From a phage, in sequence record PZ583743.1: a DNA stretch of 64,000 bases, one strand, 5' to 3'. Shown here in pieces: positions 28,785 to 39,231 of the stretch. The translations under genes were made by a program, and so were the position numbers. Under the pieces are notes generated by a model, which made no database searches, was not told the origin of the DNA, and worked only from the letters and a program-made list of their open reading frames with translations. The first letter of the stretch is position 1; each line of letters starts with the position of its first letter.

Positions 28785-30962
28785 TTAGGCCGCAAGGGCC
28801 TTCATAGTTTTAGCGATTTGGGAAACTTCATCATCACTTAAAGAGTTGCGATAACCGATGAAATCGGAAACAATACGGAATTTCTTGGTAAACTCAGCAA
28901 CCATTTTATCACTGTTTTTTGAAGCATTATTTGATAATACATCAAAAAGATTAGTTACTGTCCAGATGTCATGACCGATGGTACCTTTTCCACCGTTGAA
29001 ATATATACCTTGCAATGAACTAACCATATTACCAAGGCGAGTATATTCTTCGGAAACTTCATCTGCACTGAAGTACTTCATCATAAAATCTAACTCAGGA
29101 TACTTGATAATTTTATCAATATATCGTTTAGCTGAACTTGAATAACCTACATACTTATCATAATCTACATCATCAAAAGCATCTACATATAAATCACGCA
29201 AAGTTTCAAAAATACATTGACACTGACCGAGTTCTTTTACCTTTTTCTGTAAAAGTGGACGAATAACATAAAATTCATTAATGCCAATAAGATTAGCCAT
29301 ACGAATCAAAATATTCGTAGATGGATGACAAAGCGATGTAGTACCATCCATAGAGAAAATATCAGAACGATGCATGTATGCTACATAACCAGTAATTTCA
29401 TCTGCTTCTGATGTGAGCGTAAACAGTTCCTCTTTTTCCCAGCGCCCGTCTTTAATTTCAAACTTAAATGCAGTAGCAGCTTTAGGACGAGGAGCTGTAC
29501 TTTTTACTGCCTTTGGAATATAACTTTTAACTAAAGCTTCAATTTCTGACAAATAATGAATGTTAACTTCATCACTTTCAAACATTGCCATAATATCAGG
29601 AAGCAAATCAATCTGTGATTCTACTTCCGGATTAATAAACAAAAGGCGTTCATTGTGATGAATATTTAAGGTGTTATTAAATTCATTATCATCTAACGCA
29701 CGTGCTAATCCACGGACAATATTAACACGATTTTTAGTATTATCAATAACAATATTAATTTTTGTCGTATTAATACCGAACAGACGATAACTTGATGCAA
29801 CGGCTGAAGTTTCATGGCTTTGCTTAATGCGTTTTAGTCGAGGGTCAAGATTTACTTCATACACAACTCCTGCATTACATAACTTACTGTCAGGTTCAAA
29901 CATGCTCTGCATCTTTTTATATGACAGATTTTTAGTCGTGAATTTGACCGAATTACTAATCATATAATCTCGAGCAGAATATCCCATCTTCATCAATTCA
30001 CGGTATGTATGACGAGGAGATGTAGATTCTTTAAATCGTTTTACATCTTCATTGAATGCCTTCTCACTAAGCTCTTTAACACGCTCAATAATATTTTTAC
30101 GAGTACGATCATCTAGTGAAAGAGCCTCGCGCGATGGAGCAATATCAAGTGAACCCATTGGAAACTTAATATAATTCACTTCATTGCGAATGCTTAACCA
30201 GTTACGCTCTCTAATAACGCCATCAATAGGATAAACAATACCACCATAGATAGCGTACAATCCACCACGATCTGGCCAGTATCTTTCTGGATTTACGCCG
30301 TAGTAGTCATCAAAATCCGGAAAATAATCAATTTCGCGGTCAAGACCATTAATGATAGCCAAATCTTTGAATGGTCGCATGATATAAGAAACTTCATAAG
30401 CAAAGTTTCTAAAATCTTTTTCTTCAACTGGAACTACGATTTCAATACCAGTTTTATCGTTTGGACCCATTTCTTTTACGAATGTAGGTTTAATCTGTGG
30501 ACCATCACCATCCATGTAAGCTACATAACCGCGAATTTCGCCTTTATGATATGAAGTAATACTAAATGTATCAGTATAACTAAACGGAGATTTAGAACCT
30601 AAACCAAATCCACCAATGAAATCGTTAGATTCAGCCTTAGATGAACTAAAGTATGAATTATACAACCCAGGAGAATTATCATCACCCTGAATATCAAAAT
30701 CGCTCATACCCGGACCAAAATCTCGACAAACAAATCGCGGATCTAATCGTCCTGGAACTTGTATGATAAATTTTTCAGGATTTCCATTAAGAGCATGGGC
30801 ATCAATCATGTTGGTAATCAATTCACGGACTACTGCGCGAATCTTGTTTGTATATAAATCAGATGATAGAATTTTAAATACTTTAGGAGACGCTGTGATG
30901 CTAAATGCTTTTGATTTAGAACCATTACCAAGAATTGTTTCTTTTTCAGTGGTGATAATCAT
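28785..30962 (-). CDS. rIIA: Lysis inhibition / Rex exclusion protein rIIA
   Basis: 725 aa, same length as T4 rIIA; directly upstream of rIIB. Confidence 0.95.
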   Translation of the reverse strand: MIITTEKETILGNGSKSKAFSITASPKVFKILSSDLYTNKIRAVVRELITNMIDAHALNGNPEKFIIQVPGRLDPRFVCRDFGPGMSDFDIQGDDNSPGLYNSYFSSSKAESNDFIGGFGLGSKSPFSYTDTFSITSYHKGEIRGYVAYMDGDGPQIKPTFVKEMGPNDKTGIEIVVPVEEKDFRNFAYEVSYIMRPFKDLAIINGLDREIDYFPDFDDYYGVNPERYWPDRGGLYAIYGGIVYPIDGVIRERNWLSIRNEVNYIKFPMGSLDIAPSREALSLDDRTRKNIIERVKELSEKAFNEDVKRFKESTSPRHTYRELMKMGYSARDYMISNSVKFTTKNLSYKKMQSMFEPDSKLCNAGVVYEVNLDPRLKRIKQSHETSAVASSYRLFGINTTKINIVIDNTKNRVNIVRGLARALDDNEFNNTLNIHHNERLLFINPEVESQIDLLPDIMAMFESDEVNIHYLSEIEALVKSYIPKAVKSTAPRPKAATAFKFEIKDGRWEKEELFTLTSEADEITGYVAYMHRSDIFSMDGTTSLCHPSTNILIRMANLIGINEFYVIRPLLQKKVKELGQCQCIFETLRDLYVDAFDDVDYDKYVGYSSSAKRYIDKIIKYPELDFMMKYFSADEVSEEYTRLGNMVSSLQGIYFNGGKGTIGHDIWTVTNLFDVLSNNASKNSDKMVAEFTKKFRIVSDFIGYRNSLSDDEVSQIAKTMKALAA

Positions 30963-30972
30963 AATTTCCTCA

Positions 30973-31176
30973 TTAATTCATATTACGCTTAATAACTTCA
31001 GCAACTTCTAGTAGTTCATCTTTAGTTGCGGTGTCGGATTGAATTTTATCTCTAATATTCTTAAAGCGGTTTTTAAACTCTTCGGCTTCTCCCATATCGA
31101 AAAAGCGTTGAATGATTCTATATTCTCGATGAACTGCTTTATCAAAAAGTTCTAAATTTACTTTATATGATTTCAT
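30973..31176 (-). CDS. Hypothetical protein (T4 rIIA.1 position)
   Basis: 67-aa ORF with own early promoter at 31202..31231. Confidence 0.55.
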   Translation of the reverse strand: MKSYKVNLELFDKAVHREYRIIQRFFDMGEAEEFKNRFKNIRDKIQSDTATKDELLEVAEVIKRNMN

Positions 31177-31201
31177 TTCAATATCCTCATTTGCCCAATT
31201 A

Positions 31202-31231
31202 ATTATACCACATCCTTGTGGTAAAGTAAAC
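31202..31231 (-). promoter_or_regulatory. T4-type early promoter for rIIA.1 / rIIA
   Basis: -35 GTTTAC at 31226..31231, 18 nt, -10 TATAAT at 31202..31207. Confidence 0.6.
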
Positions 31232-33051
31232 TACTGGCTCATCCATTCTTTACGAAGGTCAGCATTATCTCCCATGAGCATTTCAAAAAGCTCTTTCCAG
31301 TTCTCAGGAAGTTTAACAACATCATATACTGGGTTTTGAATCATCTCACGATATTCAGATTTTTCCAAAGAGCCAAGTCCTTTAATATAACGGATGCTAT
31401 GTTTAGGTAGAGCATCTTTGGCACTCTCATATTCAGCGACTGTATAAAACCATTCTTGTTTTTTACCGACCTGAGCGATGATTACAGGAGTTTTGACAAA
31501 GCGAATTCTTCCTTGTTCAAACAGTTCTGGCCAATTACTAAAAAATCCGAGCAGAGAAGGATAAATGCTTCCTAGACCATCATGGTCAGCATCAGTCATA
31601 ATAGCAATATTATGATAATTCAAGTTTTCAGCTTTTTCACCGAGAACTAATCCAGTGATTGCGCAAATATCAAACAGTTCTTTGTTTTTAAGCATGTCAG
31701 CATATGACATGCCCCAACTGTTGAGAACTTTACCACGTAATGGATAACCACCGTGAAGTTCTTTATCACGAACATCAATAAGATATCCGATAGCCGAATC
31801 ACCCTCAGTCAAGAAAAGAGTAGTATCAGCATCTTTACCACAAAGATTCGCTTTAATATGTTTATGAACCTTAGCTTTAGAAGCCTTTTTAGCTGCTTTA
31901 GTTTCTGCTGCTTTTTCTGCCGCTAATTTACGAGCCAAAGCAGCTTCAATAATCGGCATTAGAATTGCTTCATTATTTAGAATAGCACGTGAAATCTTTT
32001 TAGCATCAAGTTGAATATGACTACGGATTTCACCAAATGGAGAAGTCAAACGCTCTTTAGTTTGAGAATCAAATCGCATGTTTTTCATATCACGGACAAA
32101 CATAACGATAGTCAAACATTCTTTAACGCGTGCTTTAGTCACATCAATTTTGAACTTACGTTTGATTTGTGGAATAAGGTCTTCACAAATATCATCCATA
32201 ACACAGTCAATGTGATGGCCACCATTCTTAGTGTGAATGTTATTCACATAAGTTAATTGACGAAAACCATCCGGTGAACGACCAACCGCAATAGAGCAAT
32301 TTTCTTGTTCTTGAACGATAGCATGCTCATCATATTGACGTGCATATTTCTTAAAATTGCCCTGAACCTTTTTACCATTAAAGGTAAATTGAATATCAGG
32401 ATAAACTACTGCAAGTGTCTGGAGACGATCTAGTGTAATGTCAAGATAAACTTGAGATAGCTCATTAGTTTCAAATGACATAAAATCAGGAATGAAAGTA
32501 ACACGAGTTCCTTTCCATTTTCCAGGAATAGTTTCCCATGATTTATTTTCCATGCCATTTGAACAACGAACTACAATATTATTTTGACCATCGCCAGTTT
32601 CACCGACAAACATCACAGAAAAAATGTTAGTTAAACTAGAACCAACACCGTTCATACCGCCGGTGACGCGTTCTTTATCATCACCAAAGTTACCACCTGC
32701 TTTTGGAATAGTCCATGCAGCAACAGGACCAGGAATTTCTTCACCAGTAGGTGTTTTAACCATCGCCTGTGGAATACCGCGACCGTTATCTTCAACTGTT
32801 ACTTGATTGTTTTTGATAGTAACATTAATTTTATTTGCGAATTTAAACTTAGTACGAATACCTTCATCTACTGAGTTATCGATAATTTCATCAATAAGCT
32901 TAACAAGACCAGGTACATACTGAACACTTTCCCATTTACCAAACAGAAAGCGCTCATGCATTTCATTAGCGGAAGAGCCAATGTACATGCCGCTACGCTT
33001 TTTGATATGTTCAATATCGCTCAGAATTTTAATTTCATTCTTAATCATCAC
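31231..33051 (-). CDS. 39: DNA topoisomerase II large subunit, unsplit gene 39 (T4 39 plus 60 equivalent)
   Basis: 606 aa continuous ORF with GyrB-like ATPase and Toprim segments; no hop or inserted ORF. Confidence 0.9.
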   Translation of the reverse strand: MMIKNEIKILSDIEHIKKRSGMYIGSSANEMHERFLFGKWESVQYVPGLVKLIDEIIDNSVDEGIRTKFKFANKINVTIKNNQVTVEDNGRGIPQAMVKTPTGEEIPGPVAAWTIPKAGGNFGDDKERVTGGMNGVGSSLTNIFSVMFVGETGDGQNNIVVRCSNGMENKSWETIPGKWKGTRVTFIPDFMSFETNELSQVYLDITLDRLQTLAVVYPDIQFTFNGKKVQGNFKKYARQYDEHAIVQEQENCSIAVGRSPDGFRQLTYVNNIHTKNGGHHIDCVMDDICEDLIPQIKRKFKIDVTKARVKECLTIVMFVRDMKNMRFDSQTKERLTSPFGEIRSHIQLDAKKISRAILNNEAILMPIIEAALARKLAAEKAAETKAAKKASKAKVHKHIKANLCGKDADTTLFLTEGDSAIGYLIDVRDKELHGGYPLRGKVLNSWGMSYADMLKNKELFDICAITGLVLGEKAENLNYHNIAIMTDADHDGLGSIYPSLLGFFSNWPELFEQGRIRFVKTPVIIAQVGKKQEWFYTVAEYESAKDALPKHSIRYIKGLGSLEKSEYREMIQNPVYDVVKLPENWKELFEMLMGDNADLRKEWMSQ

Positions 33052-33075
33052 TTATCCTCGTTTGGTTTCGGGAAT

Positions 33076-33101
33076 ATTATACTCCGGTAATCATAAAGCT
33101 A
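33076..33101 (-). promoter_or_regulatory. Possible middle promoter for gene 39 (imperfect MotA box plus TATAAT)
   Basis: Minus strand TAGCTTTA, 12 nt, TATAAT; box has one mismatch to TGCTTtA. Confidence 0.35.
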
Positions 33102-33118
33102 AAGGCCCGAAGGCCTTT
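33101..33118 (-). terminator. UUCG-tetraloop hairpin after lipoprotein ORF
   Basis: aaaggcc-cgaa-ggccttt overlapping the stop at 33118. Confidence 0.45.
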
Positions 33119-33387
33119 TATTTAAAACGGATAGTCGAATCCTTAAAGAACAGCCCAGAACATACTGTTCCTTCTACTTTCTGCCCAGTAGGTCCAATAG
33201 CACGAAATCCAGTATGTTGGAAATCATTTTCAGAACAACCGAACCAGTTATATCCAGTGATTTCAATATTAGTAAAACCGCTTGAAGACAAAACTTTGGT
33301 TGCATTATCAGCATCAGTACATCCTACTAAAGACACTGCTAATACTAATGCTGCGATAGAACGATTAATATATTTCATAGTTTTCAC
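33118..33387 (-). CDS. Putative lipoprotein
   Basis: 89 aa; signal peptide with lipobox LVGC. Confidence 0.55.
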   Translation of the reverse strand: MKTMKYINRSIAALVLAVSLVGCTDADNATKVLSSSGFTNIEITGYNWFGCSENDFQHTGFRAIGPTGQKVEGTVCSGLFFKDSTIRFK

Positions 33388-33755
33388 TTAAATTTAATGG
33401 CTTGAAGGAGACTAATAATTCTCAAGCGACTTCTTTCATCTTTAACTGTAAATGAAAGAGGGTCACCAGATTTCATAGTGATAGTGCATTCAAAATCAAA
33501 ATCTTCTGTAACTTCTTCGAAGAAGTCAAATTCTTCATCATAAATTAGAACATTACTCTGAAAGCTGTGAAGAATTTTTCCGTCATTTCCAGATGCTGTA
33601 CTAATCATTGTAACATTATTACCTTTCATATCTTCAACGATAAATTCGCTTGTAGATATTACATTACTAATAGAACCATTCCTATAAATAGCAGAAAATA
33701 GATATTTCTTTTCTTCACCTTCGCGAATGCGATATTTCTTACCGATTTTAAACAT
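33384..33755 (-). CDS. Hypothetical protein
   Basis: 123-aa ORF. Confidence 0.5.
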   Translation of the reverse strand: MFKIGKKYRIREGEEKKYLFSAIYRNGSISNVISTSEFIVEDMKGNNVTMISTASGNDGKILHSFQSNVLIYDEEFDFFEEVTEDFDFECTITMKSGDPLSFTVKDERSRLRIISLLQAIKFK

Positions 33756-33757
33756 AA

Positions 33758-33934
33758 TTACCCTTTAAGTAAGTCGTAAAATCCGCCATTCACATGCTTA
33801 GGGGCAGAGACTAACCGAATAGCAATCCGATGACAATCAGGACATACATCAGTATCTCTTTCAGAAATTTTCTTGATTTTTTCGTATTCTTTTGCGCAGT
33901 CTTTTGATTGACATTTATAATCATAAAGCGGCAT
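33758..33934 (-). CDS. Small zinc-ribbon protein (FmdB-like, 58 aa)
   Basis: MPLYDYKCQSKDC...CPDCH two CxxC pairs; below ORF-track cut-off; coupled to neighbours. Confidence 0.45.
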   Translation of the reverse strand: MPLYDYKCQSKDCAKEYEKIKKISERDTDVCPDCHRIAIRLVSAPKHVNGGFYDLLKG

Positions 33935-33936
33935 AA

Positions 33937-34350
33937 TTATTCCTTAAAGTGAGCTTTCAACATCTGATACAAGGACCATGCCTGTTCATCATTTTCAATA
34001 GTAACTTTCATTACAGGGAATTTAGATTGATCAGTTATCGGTGCAGATTCTTCCTGCTCTTCAGCTGCCTGGTATGGATTTTCAACTTCATTAAAGAATT
34101 CAGCTTCATTCGATGAAAGCCAAATAAAATCTTCATCCAAAATATCTTTACCAGAAGATAGTACTAAATTTCCAGCAAATGACATAATTTTAATAGGACG
34201 CCCAAGAGCATCCACATCTAAAATTTTAAAAGGATGCATACCTAAACGGCGTGCATAGATTCCGTTATCAGTATGGTCTTTAATAAAATTTTCTTGAGCT
34301 TGTTTATTTTTAAATTGATACCATTTATTAACTTCAAATTTAATAGCCAT
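33937..34350 (-). CDS. Hypothetical acidic protein (T4 goF position)
   Basis: 137-aa ORF. Confidence 0.5.
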   Translation of the reverse strand: MAIKFEVNKWYQFKNKQAQENFIKDHTDNGIYARRLGMHPFKILDVDALGRPIKIMSFAGNLVLSSGKDILDEDFIWLSSNEAEFFNEVENPYQAAEEQEESAPITDQSKFPVMKVTIENDEQAWSLYQMLKAHFKE

Positions 34351-34565
34351 TAATAAATTTCCTTCCAGTAAGTTGTACCATCTTCAGTGATTTCACGAAA
34401 TACACCGTAAATTGGTTGTTTATCCCCAACCTTTTCATACACATAAACCGAAGTCAAGTGAGTAAACTTAGCAGTGTGTTCCTTTTGAACTACTACCAAA
34501 TCTGGATCGAATAACACATCTTCAAATTCGTCATTAGTGCAGTTCTGAACAATTTTACGTTTCAT
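34350..34565 (-). CDS. Hypothetical protein (T4 cef position and size)
   Basis: 71-aa ORF. Confidence 0.45.
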   Translation of the reverse strand: MKRKIVQNCTNDEFEDVLFDPDLVVVQKEHTAKFTHLTSVYVYEKVGDKQPIYGVFREITEDGTTYWKEIY

Positions 34566-34664
34566 TACAATTTCCTCGTTAATTGAACATTGGAGCGATG
34601 CGTTTCAGAAGAGTAGCAGCACCTTTGGCAAATTTTCCATTTTATTCTCCAAATTATTTTCTAT

Positions 34665-34707
34665 ATCAGTAGTTGATATTGATATAGTACCATAATCAAC
34701 TACTGAT
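34665..34707 (-). repeat. Perfect 13-bp inverted repeat with 17-nt loop in promoter-like cassette
   Basis: atcagtagttgat ... atcaactactgat; loop contains tatagtacca; followed by ggagaataaaATG and an 11-codon ORF. Confidence 0.5.
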
Positions 34708-34737
34708 GTATATAGTTTTATGAAAAAATTTTAAACT

Positions 34738-35229
34738 TTATGCATAGCGAGCTTTGCTGTAGTGTTTAATCCAACTTTCAGGAATGACTTTGTATGTTCC
34801 TAAAAATACCGCGTTGTATAACTTAACGCCATCTTCTACCCATTGATCAGTAATGTATGCACACATAGCGCGAGTACGCCGAGGAAGTGGTTGTCCACCT
34901 TCGATAAATTCAAACTCATAAGGAGCAATGAACTTGATAGCTCGACCGAGTTTCCACTTAAAGTCTACACCTACATGCGAAGTATCAATCGTTTCAATTC
35001 CTTTAGCGGGAACAGCTTTCAAAAACGCAGATTCAAGAAATTTCGCGCGAACATAACCAAACTGAGGTTTAGACTTTCCATCTTTAGGAATGATACGCAC
35101 TTTTACTTCAGAATCTTCATCTTTAACGCCGTGTTTAAGCTGAATGCTTACAATTTCGACCAATTTTCCTGCTGCTTTAGAACGGGATTTATCAGATACA
35201 CGAGCAATTTCACCAATATTAATAATCAT
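34738..35229 (-). CDS. MotB-like protein
   Basis: 163 aa (T4 MotB 162 aa); early promoter at 35274..35303; shares C-terminal TDQWVEDGV motif with next ORF. Confidence 0.55.
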   Translation of the reverse strand: MIINIGEIARVSDKSRSKAAGKLVEIVSIQLKHGVKDEDSEVKVRIIPKDGKSKPQFGYVRAKFLESAFLKAVPAKGIETIDTSHVGVDFKWKLGRAIKFIAPYEFEFIEGGQPLPRRTRAMCAYITDQWVEDGVKLYNAVFLGTYKVIPESWIKHYSKARYA

Positions 35230-35273
35230 AGTTATCTCTCACTTGTTAAAAAGATTTTATACTCCACAGGACC

Positions 35274-35303
35274 ATTATACTCTGGTCCCAAGAGTTTGTA
35301 AAC
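35274..35303 (-). promoter_or_regulatory. T4-type early promoter for MotB-like gene
   Basis: -35 GTTTAC at 35298..35303, 18 nt, -10 TATAAT at 35274..35279. Confidence 0.6.
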
Positions 35304-35305
35304 TA

Positions 35306-35851
35306 TTAATTCAAAATAGCTACCACCGCACTACGAGGTACTACACTAAAATCTCCTGCATGGACAACGTTCAGAAGCTCAACACCATCTTCAATCCACT
35401 GGTCTGTTACCCAACCACAGATAGGATTATCAAAAGGACGACGGATAGACACAGCAGCACACAACAGGTCTGTAGGGTCTTGTTCTTCAACTTCTTGGAA
35501 CAGGATGAACTCATCTTCATAAACCAGGTTTTTCTTTATTTTGTTATTATCTAACCGGCGACCGTGGATGACGTAAGATTTGTCAAACCACTCACTTTTG
35601 GCAAATTCTTCAACAATAAATTCGCCTTCGCCAAAAACATCCGTCAGAGTTTTATAACCAGAAATCAAGGCATTAGTTTTAATTTCAGTTTCAACCAGTT
35701 TGTAGGTTTTGCCGATTTCAATAGCGGTAGTCATAGTAGGTTCCTTAATTTCCAGTGGTTTAACAGGGCATACATAAGTACTTACAACGTCAAAATCAAT
35801 CAGTTTAGCTGCCGGATTCGGTGTGTATTCAGGATTATAATTAAATTTCAT
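35306..35851 (-). CDS. Hypothetical protein, paralog of the MotB-like C-terminal domain
   Basis: 181 aa; CGWVTDQWIEDGVELLNVV vs CAYITDQWVEDGVKLYNAV in the neighbour. Confidence 0.5.
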   Translation of the reverse strand: MKFNYNPEYTPNPAAKLIDFDVVSTYVCPVKPLEIKEPTMTTAIEIGKTYKLVETEIKTNALISGYKTLTDVFGEGEFIVEEFAKSEWFDKSYVIHGRRLDNNKIKKNLVYEDEFILFQEVEEQDPTDLLCAAVSIRRPFDNPICGWVTDQWIEDGVELLNVVHAGDFSVVPRSAVVAILN

Positions 35852-35853
35852 AA

Positions 35854-36354
35854 TTATCTCATTTCAATAAAATCTACAAGTTCAGCATGGGATTTACGGA
35901 ACATTACTTGATGCCCGCCAACGATAACTTGGTCATCTGGTACTTCGTATACAGCAAGATAAAATCCTTTCGAAGCTAATTCTTCACGCTCTTCTCGTGT
36001 GAACCATCTCATCATATCATATTCGCTAGCGAAAGCAAAATGATAAAGAGCTATAAACCATCCTGGAATATGATATTCTACTCCAACATAATCTTTCTTG
36101 AACTTAGTATTAATTACTATATTAGCGTTTTTAACTAATAGTTTATCTTCGTGTGGTAAAGGAATTCTTTTATTATTATCGCTATGATGCATAAAATTAG
36201 GTCTGTCATAACCTACGTGTAATAGCCACTCTTCGCTCCATGAATCTATTATACTCCTGTACGGCGTTATTTGAACACAAAGATTTCGACGTATTGTTAT
36301 AGCATCTTCATAATCAAGAATACTAAACGATGATTCAACACGATAAATTTTCAT
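35854..36354 (-). CDS. Hypothetical protein
   Basis: ORF track 35854..36393; promoter 36382..36411 and GAGGA SD place start at 36354 (MKIYRVESS...). Confidence 0.5.
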   Translation of the reverse strand: MKIYRVESSFSILDYEDAITIRRNLCVQITPYRSIIDSWSEEWLLHVGYDRPNFMHHSDNNKRIPLPHEDKLLVKNANIVINTKFKKDYVGVEYHIPGWFIALYHFAFASEYDMMRWFTREEREELASKGFYLAVYEVPDDQVIVGGHQVMFRKSHAELVDFIEMR

Positions 36355-36381
36355 TTTATTATCCTCAGTAGCTACGGTGTT

Positions 36382-36411
36382 ATAATACCACAACTAACCG
36401 AGGAAGTAAAC
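36382..36411 (-). promoter_or_regulatory. T4-type early promoter
   Basis: -35 GTTTAC at 36406..36411, 18 nt, -10 TATTAT. Confidence 0.5.
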
Positions 36412-36417
36412 AACTTT

Positions 36418-37101
36418 TTATCGTTTTGTTGGAAGAGATAGAGGATCGCAATCTTCCTCTGATGGAGCATCTTCAAGACCCATAGCATATCGCAAAGCGT
36501 ACTTCATCATCAGGATGTCTTTCGCACAGTCATGAATAGAATCATGCGCAACGAATCCATCTAAAGTTCCTTTTGGAAGAGGACACGTGGTCATATCACG
36601 AACAAGCAGAAGTGCTTCAATTCTGGTACGAATATCACGCTGATTCCAGAATTTACATGGTTCTAACTTAAATGTGTCAAGTTCATTCTCAGAAACACCA
36701 TTAAGACGTTGAATATCACGAATGAGATCGACTAAAATTGGAAAATCAAACGACATTCCACGGCACCAGCCTTGAGATTTCCAAGGATCGATATTATGTG
36801 CATTGATGTAATCATTAAATTTCGCAATACCGTCGATAGTGCTTACATCTTCATCGGACGGTGCAATATTTTTTCGAGCTTCAGGAGACTGATTTTTCCA
36901 CCATTCGATAGTGCTTTTAGTAAAAAGACGATGTCCTTTTTGGCTTTTTAAATCAAATTTGATTTTAATGCCGCGTGAAACTAATTCATCAAATGTTTCA
37001 ACTACTTCTGGGTTAGGGTCAAAAGCAATTACAGCTAAATCAATAACAGCTGCTTTTTCACCACTTCCCATTGTTTCAAAATCTATAATAAAATCAAACA
37101 T
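36418..37101 (-). CDS. dexA: Exonuclease A (DexA)
   Basis: 227 aa, same length as T4 DexA; N-terminal DEDD-type motif FIIDFETMG. Confidence 0.8.
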   Translation of the reverse strand: MFDFIIDFETMGSGEKAAVIDLAVIAFDPNPEVVETFDELVSRGIKIKFDLKSQKGHRLFTKSTIEWWKNQSPEARKNIAPSDEDVSTIDGIAKFNDYINAHNIDPWKSQGWCRGMSFDFPILVDLIRDIQRLNGVSENELDTFKLEPCKFWNQRDIRTRIEALLLVRDMTTCPLPKGTLDGFVAHDSIHDCAKDILMMKYALRYAMGLEDAPSEEDCDPLSLPTKR

Positions 37102-37343
37102 TAAATTTTCCTTGCTAAATCGCGAATTTGACCTACAGTATAATCTTGAATATAAACTTTATTAATAGGTTCATCAATAAATTTTGCCATAGATTCAATA
37201 TCTTTTTGTATTTCTTCAAGACTGTATACTATCTTTAAAGCTTTTTCGCGAATAGTAATATTTTCAGGACCCTGATTTTCTTCAATGACAGTTTTAACAT
37301 TTGTCATAAGAGATTTAAACTGGTACCAACTCAATTCAATCAT
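37101..37343 (-). CDS. Hypothetical protein (T4 dexA.1/dexA.2 position)
   Basis: 80-aa ORF; similar architecture to next ORF. Confidence 0.5.
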   Translation of the reverse strand: MIELSWYQFKSLMTNVKTVIEENQGPENITIREKALKIVYSLEEIQKDIESMAKFIDEPINKVYIQDYTVGQIRDLARKI

Positions 37344-37596
37344 TAATAATCGCCTTATAAAGATAGCTAATTTCGCCTAAAATATAATCATTGATTGTAA
37401 CAGTTTTCACTTCACCACAAAAGAATTCTAACGCAATTAAATCTCGTTCAATTTCTTCTAATTGAAGCCTCAACTTACTAGATTCTATTTTTAGAGTTTC
37501 ACGATTTTTGCTATAAGCAATTTCATAAATTTCGCTTACTTTATCTTGAAGAAGATAAAACTGATCTTTAGTTATTTCCACGAATAGCTTCCTCAA
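37336..37596 (-). CDS. Hypothetical protein (T4 dexA.1/dexA.2 position)
   Basis: 86-aa ORF. Confidence 0.5.
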   Translation of the reverse strand: MRKLFVEITKDQFYLLQDKVSEIYEIAYSKNRETLKIESSKLRLQLEEIERDLIALEFFCGEVKTVTINDYILGEISYLYKAIIND

Positions 37597-37602
37597 ATTT
37601 AA

Positions 37603-38922
37603 TCATACATAAAACACATCATAACGACCACGGGTAACACCAACATAAAGAAGTTGTTGAGCCAATTCAGCATCTGCATAATGAATACAAGGCGTATAAA
37701 TGAAAGCACGGTCTACAGACATACCTTGAGCTTTGTGGAATGTTGATGCAGGAAGTGCTTTCACTTTACTAAACTGTGATTTAGCATCCCAAAAATCACT
37801 CCATGGAGCCTTTCCGCCTTTATTCCAATTTTTGTAAGTTTCTGCAGTTTTACCTAAAAATAAGTTAAACTTATACAGCTCTTCATCAGATGAAATTATT
37901 TTAATCTTTTCACGATAATATTCATCATCGCCGTAAGTTTCTACTGTTAAATCCCAATGACGAATTAGATATTCTCCAGAAACACCACGAGCTTTAACAA
38001 ACGTCGATGTATATTCTGCTTCTATAATACGAACTAATTGTCCGTTATTAAAAATAATTTCTGACACAGGCTTTCCATCAATTTTATATGTTTTAATTAA
38101 CGGTTCCTGCATTACAATAATTTCACCAACGATAAAATCTTTATCAGTTTCAAAAATCTTTTTACGAATAATGCTATTTAACTTATCAACAGATTTATTC
38201 GTAAATGCCATTACACGATTTTCAAACAAATCATCTAGTGATTTTACGATTGAAAAATAATTTACCATAAAATCGCGTAAAGCGGTATCACCAGTAAATC
38301 CACGTACTCCATGTCCGTCAACAACTTTATCATAAATCCACTTACCGTTGCGAACATCAGTAGCTACATCAATAATAGGAGCATTACTGCGTTTAACTTC
38401 AGTGAGTTCACACTGATAAAAATCTTTGTGTGTAAAGAATGGACTGATATAAGCAGTGTTTTCTCCTGGGTCAACAGGTCTAATTTGCTTATTATCGCCT
38501 ATTCCAATTATAGTACACCACGGCGGGATAGTTGAAAGCAGAATTTTAAATAGCTTTCTATCATACATTGACACTTCGTCGCAGATTAATACTCTGCATT
38601 TAGCTAAATCCGGTACTTCTTTTTGTTCAAAAAGAACGTTTTCTTCATATGTTACTGGGTTAATTTTAAGAATGCTATGAATAGTACTTGCTTCTTTCCC
38701 TGATAGTTTTGAAAGAATCTTTTTAGCTGCATGAGTAGGAGCTGCTAAAATAATACCAGTTTCACCCGTAGATATTAAAGCTTCAATGATGAACTTAGTA
38801 AGAGTAGTCTTACCGGTACCAGCAGGTCCATTAATAGTTACATGATGTTTCTTTTCTTTAATAGCCCTCATAACGATGTTAAAGGCATTTTTCTGGCCTT
38901 CTGTCAAATCATCAAATGTCAT
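37603..38922 (-). CDS. dda: Dda DNA helicase (SF1B)
   Basis: 439 aa; Walker A GPAGTGKTT; T4 Dda is 439 aa. Confidence 0.9.
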   Translation of the reverse strand: MTFDDLTEGQKNAFNIVMRAIKEKKHHVTINGPAGTGKTTLTKFIIEALISTGETGIILAAPTHAAKKILSKLSGKEASTIHSILKINPVTYEENVLFEQKEVPDLAKCRVLICDEVSMYDRKLFKILLSTIPPWCTIIGIGDNKQIRPVDPGENTAYISPFFTHKDFYQCELTEVKRSNAPIIDVATDVRNGKWIYDKVVDGHGVRGFTGDTALRDFMVNYFSIVKSLDDLFENRVMAFTNKSVDKLNSIIRKKIFETDKDFIVGEIIVMQEPLIKTYKIDGKPVSEIIFNNGQLVRIIEAEYTSTFVKARGVSGEYLIRHWDLTVETYGDDEYYREKIKIISSDEELYKFNLFLGKTAETYKNWNKGGKAPWSDFWDAKSQFSKVKALPASTFHKAQGMSVDRAFIYTPCIHYADAELAQQLLYVGVTRGRYDVFYV

Positions 38923-39230
38923 CGGAAAGTCCCTGCAATTGGAATACTAACAATACGCCCAGTATCTAGAATTCGTTGATATAATCTTTGTGTATCTACA
39001 TCAGGCTTAACATGTTTAACTTCTATTTTATTAAACCAAAATTTACGTGGAGTCTCAACTAATCTCGGAATTCCTTTACCTAAAGCTAGTCGATACTGCT
39101 CTTTAAGAGTGGTAAATACTTTATCAGCAATCTTCCATTCAAAAAATACAGCAGGACGATGTTCATCAAGTGGAACTGGCGCCGTAAATCCGTCTTTGTC
39201 TCGGTAAACTATCGCATATACATAAACCAT
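38919..39230 (-). CDS. Hypothetical protein (T4 dda.1 position)
   Basis: 103-aa ORF. Confidence 0.5.
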   Translation of the reverse strand: MVYVYAIVYRDKDGFTAPVPLDEHRPAVFFEWKIADKVFTTLKEQYRLALGKGIPRLVETPRKFWFNKIEVKHVKPDVDTQRLYQRILDTGRIVSIPIAGTFR

Positions 39231-39231
39231 A

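Noticed and set aside
28787-28801. Hairpin aggcc-gcaag-ggcct as a terminator between rIIA and rIIB
   Set aside because: It lies within the last codons of rIIA, has no U-run, and rIIB is expected to be co-transcribed; more likely an RNA structure affecting coupling than a terminator.
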